Source of the DNA: an uncultured virus (IMG/VR IMGVR_UViG_3300009093_000038)
Lineage: Duplodnaviria; Heunggongvirae; Uroviricota; Caudoviricetes
IMG/VR virus record: IMGVR_UViG_3300009093_000038
Direction: 5' to 3' (one strand)
Length of the DNA stretch: 64,000 nucleotides
Each line of letters opens with the position of its first letter. Positions within the stretch are counted from its first letter, which is position 1. A program made the translations under genes and the position numbers. Under the pieces are notes generated by a model. It saw only the letters and a list, made by a program, of their open reading frames with translations. It searched no databases and was not told the DNA's origin. Below, piece after piece: positions 37,187-46,558 of the stretch.

Positions 37187-37578
37187 CACGCGAAGACTGG
37201 CTGGCCCGTTTCAATCAGCACAAGGAAGTCCTTACGAGCTTCGTAGCAGGCTGGCACCCACGCTCCATCCTCTATGGCAAGCAGGAGAACGTCGAGCTGC
37301 CCATCACCGCTCCCAACGCGGAAATAGCCTGCGAGGAAGCGCGCAGCCAGATTGGCCCAGTCGATGTGTTCAAGAAGTGGAGCAAGGCCGTCCAGGAACA
37401 AGATGCCGATACTCTCAGCCAGATGCTCAGCTCCGCCTGGTTCGGTGTCCCCGAAAGCACGAGCTGCTGGCAGATCACCGGCTTCAAGGAGGCCGTGGAC
37501 CTGTTGGACGACCCGATTGAATACGACGAGCCGCCTGAAGACATGGAGACACCGCCAGCGGGCCAGTTGGAAGGGTGA
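37183..37578 (+). CDS. Hypothetical protein
   Basis: ATGA coupling. Confidence 0.6.
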   Translation: MTREDWLARFNQHKEVLTSFVAGWHPRSILYGKQENVELPITAPNAEIACEEARSQIGPVDVFKKWSKAVQEQDADTLSQMLSSAWFGVPESTSCWQITGFKEAVDLLDDPIEYDEPPEDMETPPAGQLEG

Positions 37579-37665
37579 GCGCCAGGTGTTTAATGAGAGC
37601 AAAGAATCTTTAGACTCTGTCCACGGTTCTCCCGTAGCACTATTCCCGACGCCAGTAGTTAGAAC

Positions 37666-37944
37666 GTGATTCCAACGAAGCTGTGCCAGAACCTGGATGA
37701 AGTCAAAGCCCTCGGCGACTACTTCATTGACCGCCGCAACCCCGCCAGACCCGCCATCTTCATCTTTCTGCCTCACGACACCGTTCCCTCCTACTTGAGG
37801 CTCTACCAGGTGAATCGTGAAGGCGGAGACAACTCCTGGTGGCAGCTCAGCGGTCCAGACGAAAGACCCACACTGCACCCGAGCATCAACGCGCCCGGAC
37901 TGTGGCACGGTTATCTTCGTGATGGACAACTCGTCGAGTGTTAG
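37666..37944 (+). CDS. DUF6527-like protein (second copy, lacks the CPCGC motif)
   Basis: WQLSG..PTLHPSI..WHGYLRDG; GTAGTTA-N4-GTG. Confidence 0.55.
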   Translation: MIPTKLCQNLDEVKALGDYFIDRRNPARPAIFIFLPHDTVPSYLRLYQVNREGGDNSWWQLSGPDERPTLHPSINAPGLWHGYLRDGQLVEC

Positions 37945-37957
37945 GTTCTATAAAAGC

Positions 37958-38179
37958 ATGTATGCGGTCATGCCAGTGGGAATGGATCGAATAGGGAACA
38001 CGTTCTGGCCGGATGGCATTCCCAAAGGCAGCTCCAAGCCCGCTCACTACGACCGCTACGTGGACAGCCACGGAGTCGAATTCTCCATCTGCTACACCCA
38101 GGCCCAGATTGAAGCCCAGGTGAAACGCCAGTGCTGCTTCGCTCCCTATTTCCCACTCACCATCTGCGGCGACATTTAA
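37958..38179 (+). CDS. Hypothetical protein
   Basis: GTTCTA-N7-ATG. Confidence 0.5.
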   Translation: MYAVMPVGMDRIGNTFWPDGIPKGSSKPAHYDRYVDSHGVEFSICYTQAQIEAQVKRQCCFAPYFPLTICGDI

Positions 38180-38191
38180 GTTCTCTCAGTG

Positions 38192-38524
38192 GTGAGTGAA
38201 CCCGCACCCAAGCGCAAATGGTACGATCGTGACCCGGCAGAGCTGAAAGCCCTCCAGGGAGATTCCGCCTACGAGACACCCGCCCAGAAGATCATCCGTC
38301 AGGAGGCCCGCATCAAAGAGCTGGAAGCCCTGGTGCTCGCCATGCAGGAGGACGCCGAGGATTACATCCAGCAGATAAAGACCCTCAAGGAGAATCACCG
38401 CAGCTACCTGTCACAGAAGCAAATTGCGGACGACCTGAAGGACGAGCTGTTCGAAGTAAAGCTTAAGCTGAAGCGCTTGGAGTGGGCGGAGACACTGAGG
38501 AACAAGCAGAGCCATCAGGAGTGA
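38192..38524 (+). CDS. Hypothetical coiled-coil protein
   Basis: Heptad pattern. Confidence 0.55.
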   Translation: MSEPAPKRKWYDRDPAELKALQGDSAYETPAQKIIRQEARIKELEALVLAMQEDAEDYIQQIKTLKENHRSYLSQKQIADDLKDELFEVKLKLKRLEWAETLRNKQSHQE

Positions 38525-38925
38525 AACCTGTCATCCAGACCATCTTTGGGGACCGGGTGGGAAACTGCTTCACCGCCTGTCTGGCGTCGCTATTGGAAGT
38601 CCCGCTCGAAAGCCTGGCCATCGACCCAGACGAGTTCAAGTGGCTCGATGACACGCAACGAGCACTGAAGCCCCACGGACTGTTCTACCTGGAAATCCGG
38701 TTAGATGTGGCCGTCAATTATCCTACCTACGCCATGAAGGAGCGGCTGTGCATTATGACCGGTAAAAGCCCACGGGGAGACTTCCTGCACGCGGTGGTGG
38801 GGAAGATCGGCCACAACGATGCGGACAACACCGTCATCTACGAACTGGTGCATGATCCACACCCATCAGGCCGGGGCATTGAGGGCAATCCAAAGGCCAT
38901 CGGATTCCTCGTGAAAGATTTGTGA
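38521..38925 (+). CDS. Putative papain-fold (C39-like) protein
   Basis: Q..GNCFTACLASLL..HAVV..HDP. Confidence 0.5.
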   Translation: MKPVIQTIFGDRVGNCFTACLASLLEVPLESLAIDPDEFKWLDDTQRALKPHGLFYLEIRLDVAVNYPTYAMKERLCIMTGKSPRGDFLHAVVGKIGHNDADNTVIYELVHDPHPSGRGIEGNPKAIGFLVKDL

Positions 38926-38940
38926 GTATTCGGAGCAGCG

Positions 38941-38998
38941 CTATTGACGGCGAGTCAATAGGAAACGTTTGACAAACGAACGGAAAATTGTAAACATT
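38941..38998 (+). promoter_or_regulatory. Inverted repeat plus promoter
   Basis: CTATTGAC-N5-GTCAATAG then TTGACA-N16-TAAACATT. Confidence 0.6.
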
Positions 38999-39109
38999 CT
39001 GATGTGCGAGAAAATGATACTGTCGTAAACATTATGTGCGAGAGGATGGTGGCGTCCAAATAACCTTCTTGGTGATCTGCGTCCCCGACCTCGCACGCGT
39101 AAACAATCT

Positions 39110-39340
39110 ATGAAAAGAGTCTGTGCTCCCCTGTTCGTGACCCTGGTGCTTGGCATCATCATCTACATGATCGGCCTCATCATTCACTCGCTCTACACCG
39201 GCAGCTTCCCGCGAATTCCTGGTCCACCCATCTACCGCGCAAGCAGCCCAGGCTGGTTCTGGTTTGACATCCTGCTCTCCGCCGCAGTTGCTGTGTACGG
39301 CGTCATGATCCTTTACTTCGACTGGAAGAAACTCAAATGA
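39110..39340 (+). CDS. Two-TM membrane protein
   Basis: Two hydrophobic helices. Confidence 0.6.
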   Translation: MKRVCAPLFVTLVLGIIIYMIGLIIHSLYTGSFPRIPGPPIYRASSPGWFWFDILLSAAVAVYGVMILYFDWKKLK

Positions 39341-39699
39341 TCACTGAAGTCACCACCATCACTCCTCCGCGCATGACGAATAAGTTTCGCATCTCGCGCT
39401 ACATCACGGCTGCCGCTGTCCTGCTCACTGACGACATGGAGGAAATCAACGAGGCGGTCCTTTCGCGCACGGCGTACCTCATCGAGCAGATATGGCGATT
39501 TCAATTTATCGAGTTCACGCACAAGTACCAGGTCACCGACTTTTGGAAGCGGGTGGCTGTTCAGGCAGGCAAGAGTCCTGACATCGGCGCGCTGAAGATT
39601 TCGTGGACGGGCGACAACAGCTCTTGCAAAGTGCAAATTCTGGTGAAGACAGAGACCGGAAAAGTCTTTCATCAGATTGACATTGAAGCCCGGCGCTGA
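39337..39699 (+). CDS. Hypothetical protein
   Basis: ATGA coupling. Confidence 0.55.
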   Translation: MITEVTTITPPRMTNKFRISRYITAAAVLLTDDMEEINEAVLSRTAYLIEQIWRFQFIEFTHKYQVTDFWKRVAVQAGKSPDIGALKISWTGDNSSCKVQILVKTETGKVFHQIDIEARR

Positions 39700-39702
39700 A
39701 TT

Positions 39703-39864
39703 ATGGCACTGACGAAGAAACGTAAACAAAAGATGGAGGATCGGGCCGCTATCAGGTACGTAGGCTACCACGAGTGGGTGTGCGGCAATCAGAATGGATA
39801 CGCTTACGGGAAGGGCTACATGGCTGGCTTCCGGGCTGGCCGCCGCGTAGCGAGAAAGAAGTGA
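39703..39864 (+). CDS. Hypothetical protein (53 aa, not in track)
   Basis: MALTKKRKQK..AYGKGYMAGFRAG fills the gap exactly. Confidence 0.55.
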   Translation: MALTKKRKQKMEDRAAIRYVGYHEWVCGNQNGYAYGKGYMAGFRAGRRVARKK

Positions 39865-39867
39865 TTT

Positions 39868-40257
39868 ATGGCAATGACGAAAAAAGAGAAGGCCGCGCAT
39901 GACGCGGAGATTGACAGACTGACCACTCGTTTGGCATTATGCTGGACTCCCGAAATCAAGCCAGACGTGCCTCACCCCACAAGCGACAGCACGTTTAGGA
40001 GTGGCCAGCGGATGACCGTTGGCTGGCAGCCGTTCTTCGACCGTGTTGAGCCAGGCTGCTCCACTTCCTGCAACCATGGCCGCTTTCAGACCACGCGAGT
40101 TGATAGCCAGCAGCCGGTTGATCTGTACAGCACACGGCTATTGGCGTTGCGCGCTCTCCGTCATCAACTGGAGCTGCGCTTTGCAAACGAACTGAAGCGG
40201 ATCGACGAACAGATTCAGCGAGAGACGGATAACCCAACCCCACTGCCCGCGAAATGA
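39868..40257 (+). CDS. Hypothetical protein
   Basis: Operon ORF. Confidence 0.6.
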   Translation: MAMTKKEKAAHDAEIDRLTTRLALCWTPEIKPDVPHPTSDSTFRSGQRMTVGWQPFFDRVEPGCSTSCNHGRFQTTRVDSQQPVDLYSTRLLALRALRHQLELRFANELKRIDEQIQRETDNPTPLPAK

Positions 40258-40523
40258 GCGAAAGAGTTGAGCGTTTCGAGGACATGAGTCCCAGGGGTCG
40301 CCTGGTGCTCCACCGCCAGGACGACGGCGACATCATTGTGTCCGTCATGCCCGATGACAAGCAGTGTGACGGAAAGCGCCTGCTATCACCGTTCGGTGTG
40401 TCGGCAGAGTTCTGCACGGTCGGCAGCGGTGGTGGCCAATCTCCTCATACTCGCAGGGCGCTGACGGCTCTGTGGGAAGCCATCGAGCTGGATAACAAAG
40501 AGAATCCTCAACACCGTGAATGA
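40254..40523 (+). CDS. Hypothetical protein
   Basis: ATGA coupling. Confidence 0.6.
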   Translation: MSERVERFEDMSPRGRLVLHRQDDGDIIVSVMPDDKQCDGKRLLSPFGVSAEFCTVGSGGGQSPHTRRALTALWEAIELDNKENPQHRE

Positions 40524-40526
40524 GAT

Positions 40527-40787
40527 ATGAGCAATGAAAATGATAAACCCGCCCCACTGCCCCGTGAGATGATGGACCGGTGGGCGGCCAGGCTTCCTGA
40601 TCGTACCACCATCCTGGACTTCTGGGACTGGTTGACCAAGAAGCACGCCGGAGTGAAGCTCGGCCTGTACCTCGATGAGATCGACATCGAGAAAGAGCTG
40701 AACGAATATCACGAGATCGACAAAAGGAAACTGGACGATGAGCGCCGAGCTGCCCTCGAACGACAACGCCAATTCTCTGAGTCGTGA
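40527..40787 (+). CDS. Hypothetical protein
   Basis: Operon ORF. Confidence 0.55.
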   Translation: MSNENDKPAPLPREMMDRWAARLPDRTTILDFWDWLTKKHAGVKLGLYLDEIDIEKELNEYHEIDKRKLDDERRAALERQRQFSES

Positions 40788-40971
40788 GGCGTTCATCGCC
40801 GAGCTGGATCGCTTGATCGCCGTCGCGCCTAACCTCGGTGCCAAAGGCGTGCTGATGACGCTTAGGGCTGCTATACACGAGGAGCGTGAGTGGGTGCTCC
40901 TGGAGCACTGCCAGGAATTTGCGCGCCAGTCCCTCGAACAACTTCAGCAGATGAAGAATACCAAGAATTAG
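40738..40971 (+). CDS. Hypothetical protein (start uncertain)
   Basis: ELDRLIA..VLMTLRA resembles ELERLIA..ILLTLSA in 50602-51021. Confidence 0.45.
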   Translation: MSAELPSNDNANSLSREAFIAELDRLIAVAPNLGAKGVLMTLRAAIHEEREWVLLEHCQEFARQSLEQLQQMKNTKN

Positions 40972-40972
40972 T

Positions 40973-41125
40973 ATGAAGAAACAAAGAATCCCTCGTAAAC
41001 AATCTCTCCGCTGGTGCCAGGCCCGACTGCGCCGATTACGTTCTAAAAAGAAGGACGAGCTGAGTGTGCGCCAGTTCGTTCGCATCCGTGAACTGGAGCG
41101 CGCCATCGCTGCTTGTCGTCAATGA
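40973..41125 (+). CDS. Hypothetical basic protein (50 aa, not in track)
   Basis: Fills gap, ATGA-coupled to the next gene. Confidence 0.5.
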   Translation: MKKQRIPRKQSLRWCQARLRRLRSKKKDELSVRQFVRIRELERAIAACRQ

Positions 41126-41484
41126 TGGAAGGATTGCCATGGTGGAAAGTGATGCTGATCGTGCTCGCGATCTGCATTCCGCTTATCATCGTAAATGAGA
41201 TCATCCTGCGTGTGCGAAAGTACCGCGCCAAGGTGACCAAAGGTCTGTTCGATCTCGATAAGCGCGCCCAGGAGTGCCCGGACTCGGAGGTCGAACAGTT
41301 GTGGTCGGACGTGTGCTGGTTCGAGGTCGAGACCTACAAAAACCATTTCCAGCACCTGAAGATGATCTCCATCATGGCTTACGTCCAGGGCCGCCGTGCC
41401 CACATCAAACGTGACACCGCTGCTGCAAAAATTACTGGAGGCCAAACGCCATCAGCGCCTCCATCTGATCAATCTGCCGATTGA
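41122..41484 (+). CDS. Membrane-anchored hypothetical protein
   Basis: N-terminal TM helix. Confidence 0.55.
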   Translation: MMEGLPWWKVMLIVLAICIPLIIVNEIILRVRKYRAKVTKGLFDLDKRAQECPDSEVEQLWSDVCWFEVETYKNHFQHLKMISIMAYVQGRRAHIKRDTAAAKITGGQTPSAPPSDQSAD

Positions 41485-41500
41485 GGAAAAGCTCACCATC

Positions 41501-41902
41501 ATGGAGAGGCTGCGTGACCAGGCCATTCTCCTGCGTAATACCCGCCGACGCATGATCTCTCCCCGCATCCAGGCCCTGGCCGACAAATATAAAGTTCCGG
41601 TCAACCGCTTTCCCACTGACGTTGAGCGCAACCATGGTGCCAGCGCCGGTGACGACATCATGCTCGGAGAGTTTGACGATCCTGACATCGAGCTGGTCGC
41701 CTTCTTCCATGAGCTTGGCCACGTGCTGATGAATCGCCGCGTCCACCGTGGCTGTTCGATGTGTACTCTTTCACGCGAGGGCATGGCCTGGGAGATGGGT
41801 CTCGACGCCGCCTGGGCTGAGGGCTACACGTGGGAATACCAGAGCAAGGAGATGGCCTGGGCGCGTGCTCAGTTAAAAACTTACGCTGACGCGCACAAAT
41901 AG
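41501..41902 (+). CDS. Putative zinc metallopeptidase-like protein (start uncertain)
   Basis: FFHELGHV..E..AW. Confidence 0.55.
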   Translation: MERLRDQAILLRNTRRRMISPRIQALADKYKVPVNRFPTDVERNHGASAGDDIMLGEFDDPDIELVAFFHELGHVLMNRRVHRGCSMCTLSREGMAWEMGLDAAWAEGYTWEYQSKEMAWARAQLKTYADAHK

Positions 41903-41903
41903 C

Positions 41904-41931
41904 TTGCACGGAACTAAAAATTGTTTACAAA
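41904..41931 (+). promoter_or_regulatory. Promoter with TGTTTACA box
   Basis: TTGCAC-N16-TACAAA, 7 nt before ATG 41939. Confidence 0.55.
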
Positions 41932-41938
41932 GTTTGGC

Positions 41939-42403
41939 ATGGCAGAAAAACCTGTGCTTTCGACCGAACACGCTGAACACGTCCGTCACCTGATTGGCAA
42001 TCCGATCTTCGCTATCGAGACTGTCCTTCCAAGTCTCACCCGCTCCATCGAGAAGGGTGAGACTGCCGAGGCGAATCGAATCATCACCGCCATCCAGCGC
42101 TGCATCGAGACTGCCAAGCAGCGGCTGCATGATCTCGACGTGGCACCCGACACCGAGGTCAAGTTCGAGGAGTTCAAACCGGATGAGGAAGGCGGCATCG
42201 GCCTCATGCCCATGGCGGAGTTCATCAACAGCGTGAAAGCTAATGCGATCACGGATGACGATGGCACGGGCTTCTTCGTCACGACCACGCTCGATAACAA
42301 TAGCCGGACCATGGAGAGCAACAAGCGCGTCGTTCCCAGTGAGATCGCACGCGGCACTCCCATTCCACCCTGGGCCACCCACGTTGCCTGGTACTCCAAG
42401 TGA
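41939..42403 (+). CDS. Hypothetical protein; N-terminus resembles a HisKA-like helical hairpin
   Basis: HVRHLIGNPIFAI..; C-terminal TDDDGTG..WATHVAWYSK. Confidence 0.5.
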   Translation: MAEKPVLSTEHAEHVRHLIGNPIFAIETVLPSLTRSIEKGETAEANRIITAIQRCIETAKQRLHDLDVAPDTEVKFEEFKPDEEGGIGLMPMAEFINSVKANAITDDDGTGFFVTTTLDNNSRTMESNKRVVPSEIARGTPIPPWATHVAWYSK

Positions 42404-42717
42404 GCGCTCATCAAACACCAGAACATGTAGCGAACTGTCTTGCTTCGAAGGCGGCCCGTGCGGTGCCACCCGACGTGCTCGAACATCCCATGCCATTCCC
42501 GGTTCGCCTGGACTACGCGGCCAAGCGGATCAGGAGCGCCACTCATCTGCAACTGTACGAGGAAGTGCGCCAGGCGGCAGAAGCGCTCAAGCTCGGTCTC
42601 TGGTCCTGCTGTCAGGATGGCGAGCATAGCCCCATGCGGTCCTACTGCATCCCAGGTCGGCAGCTTCAGCACGCGCTGGACAGACTCGATGCGATGCTCA
42701 AACTCGATCAAATATGA
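42400..42717 (+). CDS. Hypothetical protein
   Basis: GTGA coupling. Confidence 0.5.
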   Translation: MSAHQTPEHVANCLASKAARAVPPDVLEHPMPFPVRLDYAAKRIRSATHLQLYEEVRQAAEALKLGLWSCCQDGEHSPMRSYCIPGRQLQHALDRLDAMLKLDQI

Positions 42718-43040
42718 CTGACCACAATCGCTTCATGACCGGCTACAAAATCATCGTCACCGAGTATTCCGGCAAGGTGACCGGTGACGACGTGATCTAC
42801 ACGAACAAGGAGGCGGCTGATTATCTGTTTGCTCAACAGAATCAGAGCGTTCGCACTGAGACTTCACCAGAGGTCAAACTGGAGAAGGTCACCTACACTC
42901 CTCGCCCCAATTCCAATGAAGGCGTGATCGGTCGGATGCTGCACACTTTGAACAACTGCACGCGTCGCGACTGTGTGCGCGAGACAGCGCTGAGTAAACT
43001 TACGCAGGAAGAAATCAACGCCATCCAGGACCTACAATGA
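42714..43040 (+). CDS. Hypothetical protein
   Basis: ATGA coupling. Confidence 0.55.
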   Translation: MTDHNRFMTGYKIIVTEYSGKVTGDDVIYTNKEAADYLFAQQNQSVRTETSPEVKLEKVTYTPRPNSNEGVIGRMLHTLNNCTRRDCVRETALSKLTQEEINAIQDLQ

Positions 43041-43294
43041 AAAAGCCCATTACTTTTGAACAGGCCGTCACTCACATGGAGGAAATCCACGCTCTCGCCC
43101 ACCAGGTGATGAAGCGCGATTATCCCGTGGACGCCATCATCACGTACAAGATCGGCACCGCACTGCACGTGGTGGCGACCGTCATCGACCACGGCATCGG
43201 ACTGCGACTGAAGGTGCGCGGCCAGAACTCCGGGAAGGAATACTGGGTGGATGCGCGCCGGGTGACTTCCGTTCTATCTCAGTCAGTGAGATAG
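43037..43294 (+). CDS. Hypothetical protein
   Basis: ATGA coupling; a hairpin CTATCTCA-N5-TGAGATAG covers the stop. Confidence 0.55.
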   Translation: MKKPITFEQAVTHMEEIHALAHQVMKRDYPVDAIITYKIGTALHVVATVIDHGIGLRLKVRGQNSGKEYWVDARRVTSVLSQSVR

Positions 43295-43308
43295 CGGAGA
43301 ACCAAACA

Positions 43309-43938
43309 ATGAAAATCTTATTTTGCGGCAAATGCTATGGGATGCGGTCGTTTGAGATGGACGACACCGGCGATGGCCATCATCCCTGGACGTACTGCGA
43401 TTGTAAACAAATGGCGGCTCGGTGGGAGAATCCTGATCTCGGTACGGTCCAGGTCCTGTCGATGGTGCCCGAGCGCGCCTTCATCATCGGGATGAACAAT
43501 AACTTTCTGCGCGATGCCGTCCACCGCAGTCCGATGTCCAACGAGGATTGGCAGAAGTCGCACGCGATGGCCACGTTGGCACCTGACCACGTGTTCGATG
43601 CTCATCGCCGGGCGTGTTGGGCCTGCGTGCTTCAGGTGGGCACCACTACCGACATCAGTTGGCATCCGGCCCAGGAGAAGATCAAGATGGGGATGACTAT
43701 CGAGGAAGCACTGTTCGAACCGTGCTCCGTCAAGGTAAACAGCACCGCTAAGCAGGTGGATAAGCTGTTTCTCAACTATGACGACATTGTCGCGCTCGCG
43801 GGTCACGATCCGATGAAGGGCGTGCTTTACTCGATCACCTATCACGGCAAGACCAGCGAAGGTAGCATCTGGCCTGGCAAAATCCTGAAGGTGGAAGCGG
43901 ACATGTACATCTCCTGCGTGTTCACTGGCAACGCGTGA
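43309..43938 (+). CDS. Protein with C-terminal multi-ubiquitin-like (beta-grasp) domain
   Basis: VKVNS..LNYDDIVALAG..YSITYHG..GSIWPGKILKVEADM..TGNA. Confidence 0.6.
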   Translation: MKILFCGKCYGMRSFEMDDTGDGHHPWTYCDCKQMAARWENPDLGTVQVLSMVPERAFIIGMNNNFLRDAVHRSPMSNEDWQKSHAMATLAPDHVFDAHRRACWACVLQVGTTTDISWHPAQEKIKMGMTIEEALFEPCSVKVNSTAKQVDKLFLNYDDIVALAGHDPMKGVLYSITYHGKTSEGSIWPGKILKVEADMYISCVFTGNA

Positions 43939-44075
43939 AGACGATCTCGATCAAAGCGCGCTATCCCTGGTGGCACAGCCGGAGGATTCATTTCCGCCGA
44001 CGCTGGCCGTTCATCACCATCTGCTGCGGTGGCACGTGCATGTGCGACATCAATGACATTCTCGATCAAATATGA
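43935..44075 (+). CDS. Hypothetical protein (46 aa, not in track)
   Basis: Coupled at both ends (GTGA, ATGA). Confidence 0.5.
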   Translation: MKTISIKARYPWWHSRRIHFRRRWPFITICCGGTCMCDINDILDQI

Positions 44076-44521
44076 ACATTCTCAAAGTAAAACGCATCCA
44101 TCCTGAAGCCAAACTCCCCACGGTCGCTCACCCTGGCGAGGACTTGGCCTATGACCTGTATGCACTCGAATCTGCCAAGGCGGCGGCACACACTGTTTGC
44201 AAGCTGCGAACCGGGATCGCGGCCAACGCATTCAAGACTGATAAAGATTTCGGTCTGCCTGTAGTGAGACTCGGCCTCTTGCTTAAGACTCGTTCTGGCA
44301 TGGCCAGTTTTGGTTTCACAGTTGAGGGTGGCGTGATCGACCCGAGATACACTGGTGAGATCATTGTTCTTCTCTCTTGCAAGTACGACTTCACCATCAA
44401 CCCAGGGGATAAGATCGCCCAGGCGGTGCCAGTCGAAGTCCTCACCGGCGAGGTCATCGAGGTTGAGGAGCTGGAGGCAGGCGCACGCGGTGAAAAAGGA
44501 TTTGGAAGCACAGGACGTTAA
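44072..44521 (+). CDS. dut: dUTPase (trimeric)
   Basis: AYDLY, TGIA, RSG, GVIDPRYTGEI, GDKIAQ, RGEKGFGSTG. Confidence 0.95.
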   Translation: MNILKVKRIHPEAKLPTVAHPGEDLAYDLYALESAKAAAHTVCKLRTGIAANAFKTDKDFGLPVVRLGLLLKTRSGMASFGFTVEGGVIDPRYTGEIIVLLSCKYDFTINPGDKIAQAVPVEVLTGEVIEVEELEAGARGEKGFGSTGR

Positions 44522-44522
44522 T

Positions 44523-45020
44523 ATGAGTGACATTAAGATTCGTAGGATGGAGCCGCGTGATATTTCACCGGTCCTGTCAATGATCAAACAGAATTGGGAC
44601 GAGGAGTCTGAGACCCTGGCTGCGAAGGAAATCATTTCCGCGTTCGCCGGTGCCACTCCACAACCGATTTACTTCGTTGCTGTCCTGGACACGGCCATCA
44701 TCGGTGCCATCGGCATCTGTGACTCGCACATGGACACGCGCATCTACGAAATCTTCTGGGTGAACGTTCATCCCACCTGGCAGGATTCAGGCGTGGGCAG
44801 GTTGCTTGTTACCCATGCCTTGGAGTTTGCCGATTGCGAGGATGCGGCACTGGTGATCCTGACCACCAAGCCCAAGACGCTGCCGTTCTACCAGAAACTG
44901 GGATTTCACATATTGGCACCCAGTTACCCTGAGAAGCTGTTGGAATCGGACTTCCTCATGCAGGCCAAGCCCAGGGAAGCAGTTGCTTTTATTGCCATGA
45001 GAGAAAGGACTGTCGAATGA
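44523..45020 (+). CDS. GNAT acetyltransferase
   Basis: VNVHPTWQDSGVGRLL..FYQKLGF. Confidence 0.85.
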   Translation: MSDIKIRRMEPRDISPVLSMIKQNWDEESETLAAKEIISAFAGATPQPIYFVAVLDTAIIGAIGICDSHMDTRIYEIFWVNVHPTWQDSGVGRLLVTHALEFADCEDAALVILTTKPKTLPFYQKLGFHILAPSYPEKLLESDFLMQAKPREAVAFIAMRERTVE

Positions 45021-45238
45021 CTGTAGGTGAACTCAAAGCCCGGCTGGCCGGTTTCAAAGACGACGTGCCGGTACTGATGGAAGACTTCACCATGCGTGAG
45101 ATTCACGAAGTGCAGTCTGTATCTGAGGACCGCATGTGCGAGTGGATCGCACAGCAAATGCGCGAGGTCTGTGTGCTCTCGATTAACAAGAATCGCAATG
45201 CCACCACGGCCAGGAGGGTCCGGGAGGAGAAGCGATGA
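45017..45238 (+). CDS. Hypothetical protein
   Basis: MTVGELKARL; ATGA coupling. Confidence 0.55.
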   Translation: MTVGELKARLAGFKDDVPVLMEDFTMREIHEVQSVSEDRMCEWIAQQMREVCVLSINKNRNATTARRVREEKR

Positions 45239-45612
45239 GCGAGGCCACCGAGGCGCAGAAGTCGTGGACGCCGCTCGATAGCCAGATCGACTACGTGTGC
45301 GGACTGCTGGAAGCCGTGTGCTGGCTGTGGCGTGATGAGGATGAACAAACGGTCTTGCTTATCATCACAAGAAAGTTTACAAAAACTTGGCCGTTCATTT
45401 GGCGCATGTTCCCGGCACCCCACCAGGAGCTTTGCGCCAAGTTATTTTGGGATACCGTCGTGCAGCGCTATAACCGGCGCTGCATTCGTCTTGTCGAGGT
45501 CGTGTTCGGCGAGCAGGTGAATCCCAAGCGTGACGGCAGTGTGGCGCTGATTCGTGTGCAACCGGCGCACTGTGCTGAGTGGATTGAACTGAAGATCAAA
45601 GTCGATGAGTGA
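45235..45612 (+). CDS. Hypothetical protein
   Basis: ATGA coupling. Confidence 0.5.
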   Translation: MSEATEAQKSWTPLDSQIDYVCGLLEAVCWLWRDEDEQTVLLIITRKFTKTWPFIWRMFPAPHQELCAKLFWDTVVQRYNRRCIRLVEVVFGEQVNPKRDGSVALIRVQPAHCAEWIELKIKVDE

Positions 45613-45961
45613 GAAGACCTGGAAGCTGAAGCGGACGGTGCAGTGTGCCAAGTGCCCCTGGCGCGTGGATACCAATCCGCATGACATCCCCAACGGCTAC
45701 GATGTCGAGAAGCACAAGAACCTGCGGCGTACGATCGCAACGCCCGGCGATCTTCGCACTATTTTCGCCCGCGAGGCCCGCGTCATGGCCTGCCACGAGG
45801 ATCACGAGGCACACTGTATCGGCTGGCTAATGAACCAGATCGGCCCAGGGAATAATCTCGGCCTGCGCATCAGGCTGACGACGTGTGAGAATGCCCGCGA
45901 CATCAAATTGATTGGAGAGCAGCATGAGACTTTCGAAGATACGCTTCCACAGGATGTTTGA
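45605..45961 (+). CDS. DUF6283-like Cys-rich protein
   Basis: CAKCPWR..MACHE..CIGWL. Confidence 0.6.
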   Translation: MSEKTWKLKRTVQCAKCPWRVDTNPHDIPNGYDVEKHKNLRRTIATPGDLRTIFAREARVMACHEDHEAHCIGWLMNQIGPGNNLGLRIRLTTCENARDIKLIGEQHETFEDTLPQDV

Positions 45962-46217
45962 TGTGGACAACGTGGCCAAGCTGATCGCGCTGCTGGTCAT
46001 CATCGCGCTCGTGTGCTGGATCATTTTCTGTATTAAATTCTGGAGCGGCTTTCGCCGGGAGCGGGCTGAGCTGAGTCGGTCGATTGCCAGGATGACGCCC
46101 ATCGAGCAGCAGAAGCTTTCCTACGATTTGATGGCGGCCATGTTCAATGCGGCGCAGACCAACTGGACCATGACCGTCACCATCACACCCCGAACGAACC
46201 TGATTGAAAAGCCATGA
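45954..46217 (+). CDS. Membrane protein
   Basis: N-terminal TM helix. Confidence 0.55.
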   Translation: MFDVDNVAKLIALLVIIALVCWIIFCIKFWSGFRRERAELSRSIARMTPIEQQKLSYDLMAAMFNAAQTNWTMTVTITPRTNLIEKP

Positions 46218-46558
46218 ACATCACCACCGTTGCCAAGCGGGCCGCTCTCCGCATCGCCACTCAGCACTTCCCGCAAGCGCGCATCACTGAGAGCCTGCTG
46301 CTTGAGATCGCGTACGAAATCCAGTATGCCATGGATCAGCGCGAGACCGAGAGCCACTATTTCATCATGCAGGAGGACGTGAAGTTCGAGGAGCAGTTCT
46401 GGGACGGCGAGAAGTGGACGGCAGGCGACAAAAGAAAAGTTTACACTAACTTCGATGAGGCGACGGTCGCCTACCGCAAAGCATTCCTCGCGTGCAAAGG
46501 CAAGGTCACTGTGGCCCACGTGTCACCGGGCGGCATAGTCAAGTATCAGCCGCTATGA
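46214..46558 (+). CDS. Hypothetical protein
   Basis: ATGA coupling. Confidence 0.55.
   Translation: MNITTVAKRAALRIATQHFPQARITESLLLEIAYEIQYAMDQRETESHYFIMQEDVKFEEQFWDGEKWTAGDKRKVYTNFDEATVAYRKAFLACKGKVTVAHVSPGGIVKYQPL

Noticed and set aside
43402..43409. TGTAAACA inside a CDS
   Set aside because: It encodes Cys-Lys-Gln with no promoter context; probably chance
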